Origin: Auanema rhodensis
Lineage: Eukaryota; Animalia; Nematoda
Length of the DNA: 64,000 nt
Reading direction: 5' to 3'
Assembly: GCA_964057225.1 (NCBI GenBank)
Contig: OZ059895.1
Span: 3,472,001 to 3,536,000, forward strand
Position 1 is the first letter of the stretch. Every line of letters begins with the position of its first letter. Shown here in pieces: positions 39,474-53,500 of the stretch. The notes under the pieces were generated by a model. That model was not told where the DNA came from. It was given only the letters and a program-made list of their open reading frames with translations, and ran no database searches. Made by a program: the position numbers and the translations under genes.

Positions 39474-42400
39474 TCAAAGTTCTTAATCAAAGTTTAAAAA
39501 ACAAACTGAATAAAAGTTCGAAAATCTGAATTAAAATCTTTCCAACATAGTGTTCAACATATGATATATTACTATCTTTACAAGATAGATACAAAAATAT
39601 TGGAATGTGATCACATGTTCTGATGCTTTGAAGGGCATGTTTTACTAGCCTTCGTAGGAAAACATCCGTTCAAGCAACAGAACTTGGAAAGATCCATGTC
39701 TGATTAGTCGGTCAGTTCATTAATTAAGGGTAACCTGTGCTGCGTATAATTTATGGGTGTACAAAAATCAAAGTTCTTAATCAAAGTTTAAAAAACAAAC
39801 TGAATAAAAGTTCGAAAATCTGAATTAAAATCTTTCCAACATAGTGTTCAACATATGATATATTACTATCTTTACAAGATAGATACAAAAAAATTGGAAT
39901 TTGATCACATGTTCTGATGCTTTGAAGGGCATGTTTTACTAGCCTACGTAGGAAAACATCCATTCAAGCAACAGAACTAGGAAAGATCCATGTCTGATTA
40001 GTCGGTCAGTTCATTATTTAAGGGTAACCTGTGCTGCGTATAATTTATGGGTGTACAAAAATCAAAGTTCTTAATCAAAGTTTAAAAAACAAACTGAATA
40101 AAAGTTAGAAAATCTGAATTAAAATCTTTCCAACATAGTGTTCAACATATGATATATTACTATCTTTACAAGATAGATACAAAAAAATTGGAATGTGATC
40201 ACATGTTCTGATGCTTTGAAGGGCATGTTTTACTAGCCTACGTAGGAAAACATCCATTCAAGCAACAGAACTAGGAAAGATCCATGTCTGATTAGTCGGT
40301 CAGTTCATTATTTAAGGGTAACCTGTGCTGCGTATAATTTATGGGTGTACAAAAATCAAAGTTTATTACTATCTTTACAAGATAGATTTCAAAAAAATTG
40401 GAATGTGATCACATGTTCTGATGCTTTGAAGGGCATGTTTTACTAGCCTACGTAGGAAAACATCCATTCAAGCAACAGAACTAGGAAAGATCCATGTCTG
40501 ATTAGTCGGTCAGTTCATTATTTAAGGGTAACCTGTGCTGCGTATAATTTATGGGTGTACAAAAATCAAAGTTCTTAATCAAAGTTTAAAAAACAAACTG
40601 AATAAAAGTTAGAAAATCTGAATTAAAATCTTTCCAACATAGTGTTCAACATATGATATATTACTATCTTTACAAGATAGATACAAAAATATTGGAATGT
40701 GATCACATGTTCTGATGCTTTGAAGGGCATGTTTTACTAGCCTTCGTAGGAAAACATCCGTTCAAGCAACAGAACTTGGAAAGATCCATGTCTGATTAGT
40801 CGGTCAGTTCATTAATTAAGGGTAACCTGTGCTGCGTATAATTTATGGGTGTACAAAAATCAAAGTTTATTACTATCTTTACAAGATAGATTTCAAAAAA
40901 ATTGGAATGTGATCACATGTTCTGATGCTTTGAAGGGCATGTTTTACTAGCCTACGTAGGAAAACATCCATTCAAGCAACAGAACTAGGAAAGATCGATG
41001 TCTGATTAGTCGGTCAGTTCATTATTTAAGGGTAACCTGTGCTGCGTATAATTTATGGGTGTACAAAAATCAAAGTTTATTACTATCTTTACAAGATAGA
41101 TTTCAAAAAAATTGGAATGTGATCACATGTTCTGATGCTTTGAAGGGCATGTTTTACTAGCCTACGTAGGAAAACATCCATTCAAGCAACAGAACTAGGA
41201 AAGATCCATGTCTGATTAGTCGGTCAGTTCATTATTTAAGGGTAACCTGTGCTGCGTATAATTTATGGGTGTACAAAAATCAAAGTTCTTAATCAAAGTT
41301 TAAAAAACAAACTGAATAAAAGTTCGAAAATCTGAATTAAAATCTTTCCAACATAGTGTTCAACATATGATATATTACTATCTTTACAAGATAGATACAA
41401 AAAAATTGGAATTTGATCACATGTTCTGATGCTTTGAAGGGCATGTTTTACTAGCCTTCGTAGGAAAACATCCGTTCAAGCAACAGAACTTGGAAAGATC
41501 CATGTCTGATTAGTCGGTCAGTTCATTAATTAAGGGTAACCTGTGCTGCGTATAATTTATGGGTGTACAAAAATCAAAGTTCTTAATCAAAGTTTAAAAA
41601 ACAAACTGAATAAAAGTTCGAAAATCTGAATTAAAATCTTTCCAACATAGTGTTCAACATATGATATATTACTATCTTTACAAGATAGATACAAAAAAAT
41701 TGGAATTTGATCACATGTTCTGATGCTTTGAAGGGCATGTTTTACTAGCCTACGTAGGAAAACATCCATTCAAGCAACAGAACTAGGAAAGATCCATGTC
41801 TGATTAGTCGGTCAGTTCATTATTTAAGGGTAACCTGTGCTGCGTATAATTTATGGGTGTACAAAAATCAAAGTTCTTAATCAAAGTTTAAAAAACAAAC
41901 TGAATAAAAGTTAGAAAATCTGAATTAAAATCTTTCCAACATAGTGTTCAACATATGATATATTACTATCTTTACAAGATAGATACAAAAAAATTGGAAT
42001 GTGATCACATGTTCTGATGCTTTGAAGGGCATATTTTACTAGCCTACGTAGGAAAACATCCATTCAAGCAACAGAACTAAGAAAGATCGATGTCTGATTA
42101 GTCGGTCAGTTCATTATTTAAGGGTAACCTGTGCTGCGTATAATTTATGGGTGTACAAAAATCAAGTTTATTACTATCTTTACAAGATAGATTTCAAAAA
42201 AATTGGAATGTGATCACATGTTCTGATGCTTTGAAGGGCATGTTTTACTAGCCTACGTAGGAAAACATCCATTCAAGCAACAGAACTAGGAAAGATCCAT
42301 GTCTGATTAGTCGGTCAGTTCATTATTTAAGGGTAACCTGTGCTGCGTATAATTTATGGGTGTACAAAAATCAAAGTTCTTAATCAAAGTTTAAAAAACA

Positions 42401-42859
42401 AACTGAATAAAAGTTAGAAAATCTGAATTAAAATCTTTCCAACATAGTGTTCAACATATGATATATTACTATCTTTACAAGATAGATACAAAAAAATTGG
42501 AATGTGATCACATGTTCTGATGCTTTGAAGGGCATGTTTTACTAGCCTACGTAGGAAAACATCCATTCAAGCAACAGAACTAGGAAAGATCCATGTCTGA
42601 TTAGTCGGTCAGTTCATTATTTAAGGTTAACCTGTGCTGCGTATAATTTATGGGTGTACAAAAATCAAAGTTCTTAATCAAAGTTTAAAAAACAAACTGA
42701 ATAAAAGTTAGAAAATCTGAATTAAAATCTTTCCAACATAGTGTTCAACATATGATATATTACTATCTTTACAAGATAGATACAAAAAAATTGGAATGTG
42801 ATCACATGTTCTGATGCTTTGAAGGGCATGTTTTACTAGCCTACGTAGGAAAACATCCG

Positions 42860-45800
42860 TTCAAGCAACAGAACTTGGAAAGATCCATGTCTGATTAGTC
42901 GGTCAGTTCATTAATTAAGGGTAACCTGTGCTGCGTATAATTTATGGGTGTACAAAAATGAAAGTTCTTAATCAAAGTTTAAAAAACAAACTGAATAAAA
43001 GTTCGTAAATCTGAATTAAAATCTTCCCAACATAGTGTTCAACATATGATATATTACTATCTTTACAAGATAGATACAAAAATATTGGAATGTGATCACA
43101 TGTTCTGATGCTTTGAAGGGCATGTTTTACTAGCCTTCGTAGGAAAACATCCGTTCAAGCAACAGAACTTGGAAAGATCCATGTCTGATTAGTCGGTCAG
43201 TTCATTAATTAAGGGTAACCTGTGCTGCGTATAATTTATGGATGTACAAAAATCAAAGTTCTTAATCAAAGTTTAAAAAACAAACTGAATAAAAGTTCGA
43301 AAATCTGAATTAAAATCTTTCCAACATAGTGTTCAACATATGATATATTACTATCTTTACAAGAAAGATACAAAAAAATTGGAATGTGATCACATGTTCT
43401 GATGCTTTGAAGGGCATGTTTTACTAGCCTACGTAGGAAAACATCCATTCAAGCAACAGAACTAGGAAAGATCGATGTCTGATTAGTCGGTCAGTTCATT
43501 ATTTAAGGGTAACCTGTGCTGCGTATAATTTATGGGTGTACAAAAATCAAAGTTTATTACTATCTTTACAAGATAGATTTCAAAAAAATTGGAATGTGAT
43601 CACATGTTCTGATGCTTTGAAGGGCATGTTTTACTAGCCTACGTAGGAAAACATCCATTCAAGCAACAGAACTAGGAAAGATCCATGTCTGATTAGTCGG
43701 TCAGTTCATTATTTAAGGGTAACCTGTGCTGCGTATAATTTATGGGTGTACAAAAATCAAAGTTCTTAATCAAAGTTTAAAAAACAAACTGAATAAAAGT
43801 TAGAAAATCTGAATTAAAATCTTTCCAACATAGTGTTCAACATATGATATATTACTATCTTTACAAGATAGATACAAAAAAATTGGAATGTGATCACATG
43901 TTCTGATGCTTTGAAGGGCATGTTTTACTAGCCTACGTAGGAAAACATCCATTCAAGCAACAGAACTAGGAAAGATCCATGTCTGATTAGTCGGTCAGTT
44001 CATTATTTAAGGGTAACCTGTGCTGCGTATAATTTATGGGTGTACAAAAATCAAAGTTCTTAATCAAAGTTTAAAAAACAAACTGAATAAAAGTTAGAAA
44101 ATCTGAATTAAAATCTTTCCAACATAGTGTTCAACATATGATATATTACTATCTTTACAAGATAGATACAAAAATATTGGAATGTGATCACATGTTCTGA
44201 TGCTTTGAAGCGCATGTTTTACTAGCCTTCGTAGGAAAACATCCGTTCAAGCAACAGAACTTGGAAAGATCCATGTCTGATTAGTCGGTCAGTTCATTAA
44301 TTAAGGGTAACCTGTGCTGCGTATAATTTATGGGTGTACAAAAATCAAAGTTTATTACTATCTTTACAAGATAGATACAAAAAAATTGGAATGTGATCAC
44401 ATGTTCTGATGCTTTGAAGGGCATGTTTTACTAGCCTACGTAGGAAAACATCCATTCAAGCAACAGAACTAGGAAAGATCCATGTCTGATTAGTCGGTCA
44501 GTTCATTATTCAAGGGTAACCTGTGCTGCGTATAATTTATGGGTGTACAAAAATCAAAGTTCTTAATCAAAGTTTAGAAAACAAATTGAGTGAAAGTTGA
44601 AAAAATCTGAATTAAAATCTTTCCAACATAGTGTTCAACATATGATATATTACTATCTTTACAAGATAGATACAAAAAAATTGGAATGTGGTCACATGTT
44701 CTGATGCTTTGAAGGGCATGTTTTACTAGCCTACGTAGGAAAACATCCATTCAAGCAACAGAACTAGGAAAGATCCATGTCTGATTAGTCGGTCAGTTCA
44801 TTATTTAAGGGTAACCTGTGCTGCGTATAATTTATGGGTGTACAAAAATCAAAGTTCTTAATCAAAGTTTAAAAAACAAACTGAATAAAAGTTCGAAAAT
44901 CTGAATTAAAATCTTTCCAACATAGTGTTCAACATATGATATATTACTATCTTTACAAGATAGATACAAAAAAATTGGAATGTGATCACATGTTCTGATG
45001 CTTTGAAGGGCATGTTTTACTAGCCTACGTAGGAAAACATCCATTCAAGCAACAGAACTTGGAAAGATCCATGTCTGATTAGTCGGTCAGTTCATTAATT
45101 AAGGGTAACCTGTGCTGCGTATAATTTATGGGTGTACAAAAATGAAAGTTCTTAATCAAAGTTTAAAAAACAAACTGAATAAAAGTTCGTAAATCTGAAT
45201 TAAAATCTTCCCAACATAGTGTTCAACATATGATATATTACTATCTTTACAAGATAGATACAAAAATATTGGAATGTGATCACATGTTCTGATGCTTTGA
45301 AGGGCATGTTTTACTAGCCTTCGTAGGAAAACATCCGTTCAAGCAACAGAACTTGGAAAGATCCATGTCTGATTAGTCGGTCAGTTCATTAATTAAGGGT
45401 AACCTGTGCTGCGTATAATTTATGGATGTACAAAAATCAAAGTTCTTAATCAAAGTTTAAAAAACAAACTGAATAAAAGTTCGAAAATCTGAATTAAAAT
45501 CTTTCCAACATAGTGTTCAACATATGATATATTACTATCTTTACAAGAAAGATACAAAAAAATTGGAATGTGATCACATGTTCTGATGCTTTGAAGGGCA
45601 TGTTTTACTAGCCTACGTAGGAAAACATCCATTCAAGCAACAGAACTAGGAAAGATCGATGTCTGATTAGTCGGTCAGTTCATTATTTAAGGGTAACCTG
45701 TGCTGCGTATAATTTATGGGTGTACAAAAATCAAAGTTTATTACTATCTTTACAAGATAGATTTCAAAAAAATTGGAATGTGATCACATGTTCTGATGCT

Positions 45801-47227
45801 TTGAAGGGCATGTTTTACTAGCCTACGTAGGAAAACATCCATTCAAGCAACAGAACTAGGAAAGATCCATGTCTGATTAGTCGGTCAGTTCATTATTAAA
45901 GGGTAACCTGTGCTGCGTATAATTTATGGGTGTACAAAAATCAAAGTTCTTAATCAAAGTTTAAAAAACAAACTGAATAAAAGTTAGAAAATCTGAATTA
46001 AAATCTTTCCAACATAGTGTTCAACATATGATATATTACTATCTTTACAAGATAGATACAAAAAAATTGGAATGTGATCACATGTTCTGATGCTTTGAAG
46101 GGCATGTTTTACTAGCCTACGTAGGAAAACATCCATTCAAGCAACAGAACTAGGAAAGATCCATGTCTGATTAGTCGGTCAGTTCATTATTTAAGGGTAA
46201 CCTGTGCTGCGTATAATTTATGGGTGTACAAAAATCAAAGTTCTTAATCAAAGTTTAAAAAACAAACTGAATAAAAGTTAGAAAATCTGAATTAAAATCT
46301 TTCCAACATAGTGTTCAACATATGATATATTACTATCTTTACAAGATAGATACAAAAATATTGGAATGTGATCACATGTTCTGATGCTTTGAAGCGCATG
46401 TTTTACTAGCCTTCGTAGGAAAACATCCGTTCAAGCAACAGAACTTGGAAAGATCCATGTCTGATTAGTCGGTCAGTTCATTAATTAAGGGTAACCTGTG
46501 CTGCGTATAATTTATGGGTGTACAAAAATCAAAGTTTATTACTATCTTTACAAGATAGATACAAAAAAATTGGAATGTGATCACATGTTCTGATGCTTTG
46601 AAGGGCATGTTTTACTAGCCTACGTAGGAAAACATCCATTCAAGCAACAGAACTAGGAAAGATCCATGTCTGATTAGTCGGTCAGTTCATTATTCAAGGG
46701 TAACCTGTGCTGCGTATAATTTATGGGTGTACAAAAATCAAAGTTCTTAATCAAAGTTTAGAAAACAAATTGAGTGAAAGTTGAAAAAATCTGAATTAAA
46801 ATCTTTCCAACATAGTGTTCAACATATGATATATTACTATCTTTACAAGATAGATACAAAAAAATTGGAATGTGGTCACATGTTCTGATGCTTTGAAGGG
46901 CATGTTTTACTAGCCTACGTAGGAAAACATCCATTCAAGCAACAGAACTAGGAAAGATCCATGTCTGATTAGTCGGTCAGTTCATTATTTAAGGGTAACC
47001 TGTGCTGCGTATAATTTATGGGTGTACAAAAATCAAAGTTCTTAATCAAAGTTTAAAAAACAAACTGAATAAAAGTTCGAAAATCTGAATTAAAATCTTT
47101 CCAACATAGTGTTCAACATATGATATATTACTATCTTTACAAGATAGATACAAAAAAATTGGAATGTGATCACATGTTCTGATGCTTTGAAGGGCATGTT
47201 TTACTAGCCTACGTAGGAAAACATCCA
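42860..47227. repeat. Tandem duplication with period 2184 bp
   Basis: Markers AAAATGAAAG 42960/45144, TGGATGTA 43242/45426 and GAAGCGCAT 44211/46395. ORFs pair at 43266/45450 and 44862/47046. Confidence 0.92.
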
Positions 47228-50200
47228 TTCAAGCAACAGAACTAGGAAAGATCCATGTCTGATTAGTCGGTCAGTTCATTATTTAAGGGTAACCTGTGCT
47301 GCGTATAATTTATGGGTGTACAAAAATCAAAGTTCTTAATCAAAGTTTAAAAAACAAACTGAATAAAAGTTAGAAAATCTGAATTAAAATCTTTCCAACA
47401 TAGTGTTCAACATATGATATATTACTATCTTTACAAGATAGATACAAAAAAATTGGAATGTGATCACATGTTCTGATGCTTTGAAGGGCATGTTTTACTA
47501 GCCTACGTAGGAAAACATCCGTTCAAGCAACAGAACTTGGAAAGATCCATGTCTGATTAGTCGGTCAGTTCATTAATTAAGGGTAACCTGTGCTGCGTAT
47601 AATTTATGGGTGTACAAAAATCAAAGTTCTTAATCAAAGTTTAAAAAACAAACTGAATAAAAGTTCGTAAATCTGAATTAAAATCTTCCCAACATAGTGT
47701 TCAACATATGATATATTACTATCTTTACAAGATAGATACAAAAATATTGGAATGTGATCACATGTTCTGATGCTTTGAAGGGCATGTTTTACTAGCCTTC
47801 GTAGGAAAACATCCGTTCAAGCAACAGAACTTGGAAAGATCCATGTCTGATTAGTCGGTCAGTTCATTAATTAAGGGTAACCTGTGCTGCGTATAATTTA
47901 TGGGTGTACAAAAATCAAAGTTCTTAATCAAAGTTTAAAAAACAAACTGAATAAAAGTTCGAAAATCTGAATTAAAATCTTTCCAACATAGTGTTCAACA
48001 TATGATATATTACTATCTTTACAAGAAAGATACAAAAAAATTGGAATGTGATCACATGTTCTGATGCTTTGAAGGGCATGTTTTACTAGCCTACGTAGGA
48101 AAACATCCATTCAAGCAACAGAACTAGGAAAGATCGATGTCTGATTAGTCGGTCAGTTCATTATTTAAGGGTAACCTGTGCTGCGTATAATTTATGGGTG
48201 TACAAAAATCAAAGTTTATTACTATCTTTACAAGATAGATTTCAAAAAAATTGGAATGTGATCACATGTTCTGATGCTTTGAAGGGCATGTTTTACTAGC
48301 CTACGTAGGAAAACATCCATTCAAGCAACAGAACTAGGAAAGATCCATGTCTGATTAGTCGGTCAGTTCATTATTTAAGGGTAACCTGTGCTGCGTATAA
48401 TTTATGGGTGTACAAAAATCAAAGTTCTTAATCAAAGTTTAAAAAACAAACTGAATAAAAGTTCGAAAATCTGAATTAAAATCTTTCCAACATAGTGTTC
48501 AACATATGATATATTACTATCTTTACAAGATAGATACAAAAAAATTGGAATGTGATCACATGTTCTGATGCTTTGAAGGGCATGTTTTACTAGCCTACGT
48601 AGGAAAACATCCATTCAAGCAACAGAACTAGGAAAGATCCATGTCTGATTAGTCGGTCAGTTCATTATTCAAGGGTAACCTGTGCTGCGTATAATTTATG
48701 GGTGTACAAAAATCAAAGTTCTTAATCAAAGTTTAGAAAACAAATTGAGTGAAAGTTGAAAAAATCTGAATTAAAATCTTTCCAACATAGTGTTCAACAT
48801 ATGATATATTACTATCTTTACAAGATAGATACAAAAAAATTGGAATGTGGTCACATGTTCTGATGCTTTGAAGGGCATGTTTTACTAGCCTACGTAGGAA
48901 AACATCCGTTCAAGCAACAGAACTTGGAAAGATCCATGTCTGATTAGTCGGTCAGTTCATTAATTAAGGGTAACCTGTGCTGCGTATAATTTATGGGTGT
49001 ACAAAAATCAAAGTTCTTAATCAAAGTTTAAAAAACAAACTGAATAAAAGTTCGAAAATCTGAATTAAAATCTTTCCAACATAGTGTTCAACATATGATA
49101 TATTACTATCTTTACAAGATAGATACAAAAAAATTGGAATGTGATCACATGTTCTGATGCTTTGAAGGGCATGTTTTACTAGCCTACGTAGGAAAACATC
49201 CATTCAAGCAACAGAACTAGGAAAGATCCATGTCTGATAAGTCGGTCAGTTCATTATTTAAGGGTAACCTGTGCTGCGTATAATTTATGGGTGTACAAAA
49301 ATCAAAGTTCTTAATCAAAGTTTAAAAAACAAACTGAATAAAAGTTAGAAAATCTGAATTAAAATCTTTCCAACATAGTGTTCAACATATGATATATTAC
49401 TATCTTTACAAGATAGATACAAAAAAATTGGAATGTGATCACATGTTCTGATGCTTTGAAGGGCATGTTTTACTAGCCTACGTAGGAAAACATCCGTTCA
49501 AGCAACAGAACTTGGAAAGATCCATGTCTGATTAGTCGGTCAGTTCATTAATTAAGGGTAACCTGTGCTGCGTATAATTTATGGGTGTACAAAAATCAAA
49601 GTTCTTAATCAAAGTTTAAAAAACAAACTGAATAAAAGTTCGTAAATCTGAATTAAAATCTTCCCAACATAGTGTTCAACATATGATATATTACTATCTT
49701 TACAAGATAGATACAAAAATATTGGAATGTGATCACATGTTCTGATGCTTTGAAGGGCATGTTTTACTAGCCTTCGTAGGAAAACATCCGTTCAAGCAAC
49801 AGAACTTGGAAAGATCCATGTCTGATTAGTCGGTCAGTTCATTAATTAAGGGTAACCTGTGCTGCGTATAATTTATGGGTGTACAAAAATCAAAGTTCTT
49901 AATCAAAGTTTAAAAAACAAACTGAATAAAAGTTCGAAAATCTGAATTAAAATCTTTCCAACATAGTGTTCAACATATGATATATTACTATCTTTACAAG
50001 AAAGATACAAAAAAATTGGAATGTGATCACATGTTCTGATGCTTTGAAGGGCATGTTTTACTAGCCTACGTAGGAAAACATCCATTCAAGCAACAGAACT
50101 AGGAAAGATCGATGTCTGATTAGTCGGTCAGTTCATTATTTAAGGGTAACCTGTGCTGCGTATAATTTATGGGTGTACAAAAATCAAAGTTTATTACTAT

Positions 50201-50527
50201 CTTTACAAGATAGATTTCAAAAAAATTGGAATGTGATCACATGTTCTGATGCTTTGAAGGGCATGTTTTACTAGCCTACGTAGGAAAACATCCATTCAAG
50301 CAACAGAACTAGGAAAGATCCATGTCTGATTAGTCGGTCAGTTCATTATTTAAGGGTAACCTGTGCTGCGTATAATTTATGGGTGTACAAAAATCAAAGT
50401 TCTTAATCAAAGTTTAAAAAACAAACTGAATAAAAGTTCGAAAATCTGAATTAAAATCTTTCCAACATAGTGTTCAACATATGATATATTACTATCTTTA
50501 CAAGATAGATACAAAAAAATTGGAATT

Positions 50528-53500
50528 TGATCACATGTTCTGATGCTTTGAAGGGCATGTTTTACTAGCCTACGTAGGAAAACATCCATTCAAGCAACAG
50601 AACTAGGAAAGATCCATGTCTGATTAGTCGGTCAGTTCATTATTTAAGGGTAACCTGTGCTGCGTATAATTTATGGGTGTACAAAAATCAAAGTTCTTAA
50701 TCAAAGTTTAAAAAACAAACTGAATAAAAGTTCGTAAATCTGAATTAAAATCTTCCCAACATAGTGTTCAACATATGATATATTACTATCTTTACAAGAT
50801 AGATACAAAAATATTGGAATGTGATCACATGTTCTGATGCTTTGAAGGGCATGTTTTACTAGCCTTCGTAGGAAAACATCCGTTCAAGCAACAGAACTTG
50901 GAAAGATCCATGTCTGATTAGTCGGTCAGTTCATTAATTAAGGGTAACCTGTGCTGCGTATAATTTATGGATGTACAAAAATCAAAGTTCTTAATCAAAG
51001 TTTAAAAAACAAACTGAATAAAAGTTCGAAAATCTGAATTAAAATCTTTCCAACATAGTGTTCAACATATGATATATTACTATCTTTACAAGAAAGATAC
51101 AAAAAAATTGGAATGTGATCACATGTTCTGATGCTTTGAAGGGCATGTTTTACTAGCCTACGTAGGAAAACATCCATTCAAGCAACAGAACTAGGAAAGA
51201 TCGATGTCTGATTAGTCGGTCAGTTCATTATTTAAGGGTAACCTGTGCTGCGTATAATTTATGGGTGTACAAAAATCAAAGTTTATTACTATCTTTACAA
51301 GATAGATTTCAAAAAAATTGGAATGTGATCACATGTTCTGATGCTTTGAAGGGCATGTTTTACTAGCCTACGTAGGAAAACATCCATTCAAGCAACAGAA
51401 CTAGGAAAGATCCATGTCTGATTAGTCGGTCAGTTCATTATTTAAGGGTAACCTGTGCTGCGTATAATTTATGGGTGTACAAAAATCAAAGTTCTTAATC
51501 AAAGTTTAAAAAACAAACTGAATAAAAGTTCGAAAATCTGAATTAAAATCTTTCCAACATAGTGTTCAACATATGATATATTACTATCTTTACAAGATAG
51601 ATACAAAAATATTGGAATGTGATCACATGTTCTGATGCTTTGAAGGGCATGTTTTACTAGCCTTCGTAGGAAAACATCCGTTCAAGCAACAGAACTTGGA
51701 AAGATCCATGTCTGATTAGTCGGTCAGTTCATTAATTAAGGGTAACCTGTGCTGCGTATAATTTATGGGTGTACAAAAATCAAAGTTCTTAATCAAAGTT
51801 TAAAAAACAAACTGAATAAAAGTTCGAAAATCTGAATTAAAATCTTTCCAACATAGTGTTCAACATATGATATATTACTATCTTTACAAGATAGATACAA
51901 AAAAATTGGAATTTGATCACATGTTCTGATGCTTTGAAGGGCATGTTTTACTAGCCTACGTAGGAAAACATCCATTCAAGCAACAGAACTAGGAAAGATC
52001 CATGTCTGATTAGTCGGTCAGTTCATTATTTAAGGGTAACCTGTGCTGCGTATAATTTATGGGTGTACAAAAATCAAAGTTCTTAATCAAAGTTTAAAAA
52101 ACAAACTGAATAAAAGTTAGAAAATCTGAATTAAAATCTTTCCAACATAGTGTTCAACATATGATATATTACTATCTTTACAAGATAGATACAAAAAAAT
52201 TGGAATGTGATCACATGTTCTGATGCTTTGAAGGGCATGTTTTACTAGCCTACGTAGGAAAACATCCATTCAAGCAACAGAACTAGGAAAGATCCATGTC
52301 TGATTAGTCGGTCAGTTCATTATTTAAGGGTAACCTGTGCTGCGTATAATTTATGGGTGTACAAAAATCAAAGTTTATTACTATCTTTACAAGATAGATT
52401 TCAAAAAAATTGGAATGTGATCACATGTTCTGATGCTTTGAAGGGCATGTTTTACTAGCCTACGTAGGAAAACATCCATTCAAGCAACAGAACTAGGAAA
52501 GATCCATGTCTGATTAGTCGGTCAGTTCATTATTTAAGGGTAACCTGTGCTGCGTATAATTTATGGGTGTACAAAAATCAAAGTTCTTAATCAAAGTTTA
52601 AAAAACAAACTGAATAAAAGTTAGAAAATCTGAATTAAAATCTTTCCAACATAGTGTTCAACATATGATATATTACTATCTTTACAAGATAGATACAAAA
52701 ATATTGGAATGTGATCACATGTTCTGATGCTTTGAAGGGCATGTTTTACTAGCCTTCGTAGGAAAACATCCGTTCAAGCAACAGAACTTGGAAAGATCCA
52801 TGTCTGATTAGTCGGTCAGTTCATTAATTAAGGGTAACCTGTGCTGCGTATAATTTATGGGTGTACAAAAATCAAAGTTTATTACTATCTTTACAAGATA
52901 GATACAAAAAAATTGGAATGTGATCACATGTTCTGATGCTTTGAAGGGCATGTTTTACTAGCCTACGTAGGAAAACATCCATTCAAGCAACAGAACTAGG
53001 AAAGATCCATGTCTGATTAGTCGGTCAGTTCATTAATTAAGGGTAACCTGTGCTGCGTATAATTTATGGGTGTACAAAAATCAAAGTTCTTAATCAAAGT
53101 TTAGAAAACAAATTGAGTGAAAGTTGAAAAAATCTGAATTAAAATCTTTCCAACATAGTGTTCAACATATGATATATTACTATCTTTACAAGATAGATAC
53201 AAAAAAATTGGAATGTGGTCACATGTTCTGATGCTTTGAAGGGCATGTTTTACTAGCCTACGTAGGAAAACATCCGTTCAAGCAACAGAACTTGGAAAGA
53301 TCCATGTCTGATTAGTCGGTCAGTTCATTAATTAAGGGTAACCTGTGCTGCGTATAATTTATGGGTGTACAAAAATCAAAGTTCTTAATCAAAGTTTAAA
53401 AAACAAACTGAATAAAAGTTCGAAAATCTGAATTAAAATCTTTCCAACATAGTGTTCAACATATGATATATTACTATCTTTACAAGATAGATACAAAAAA

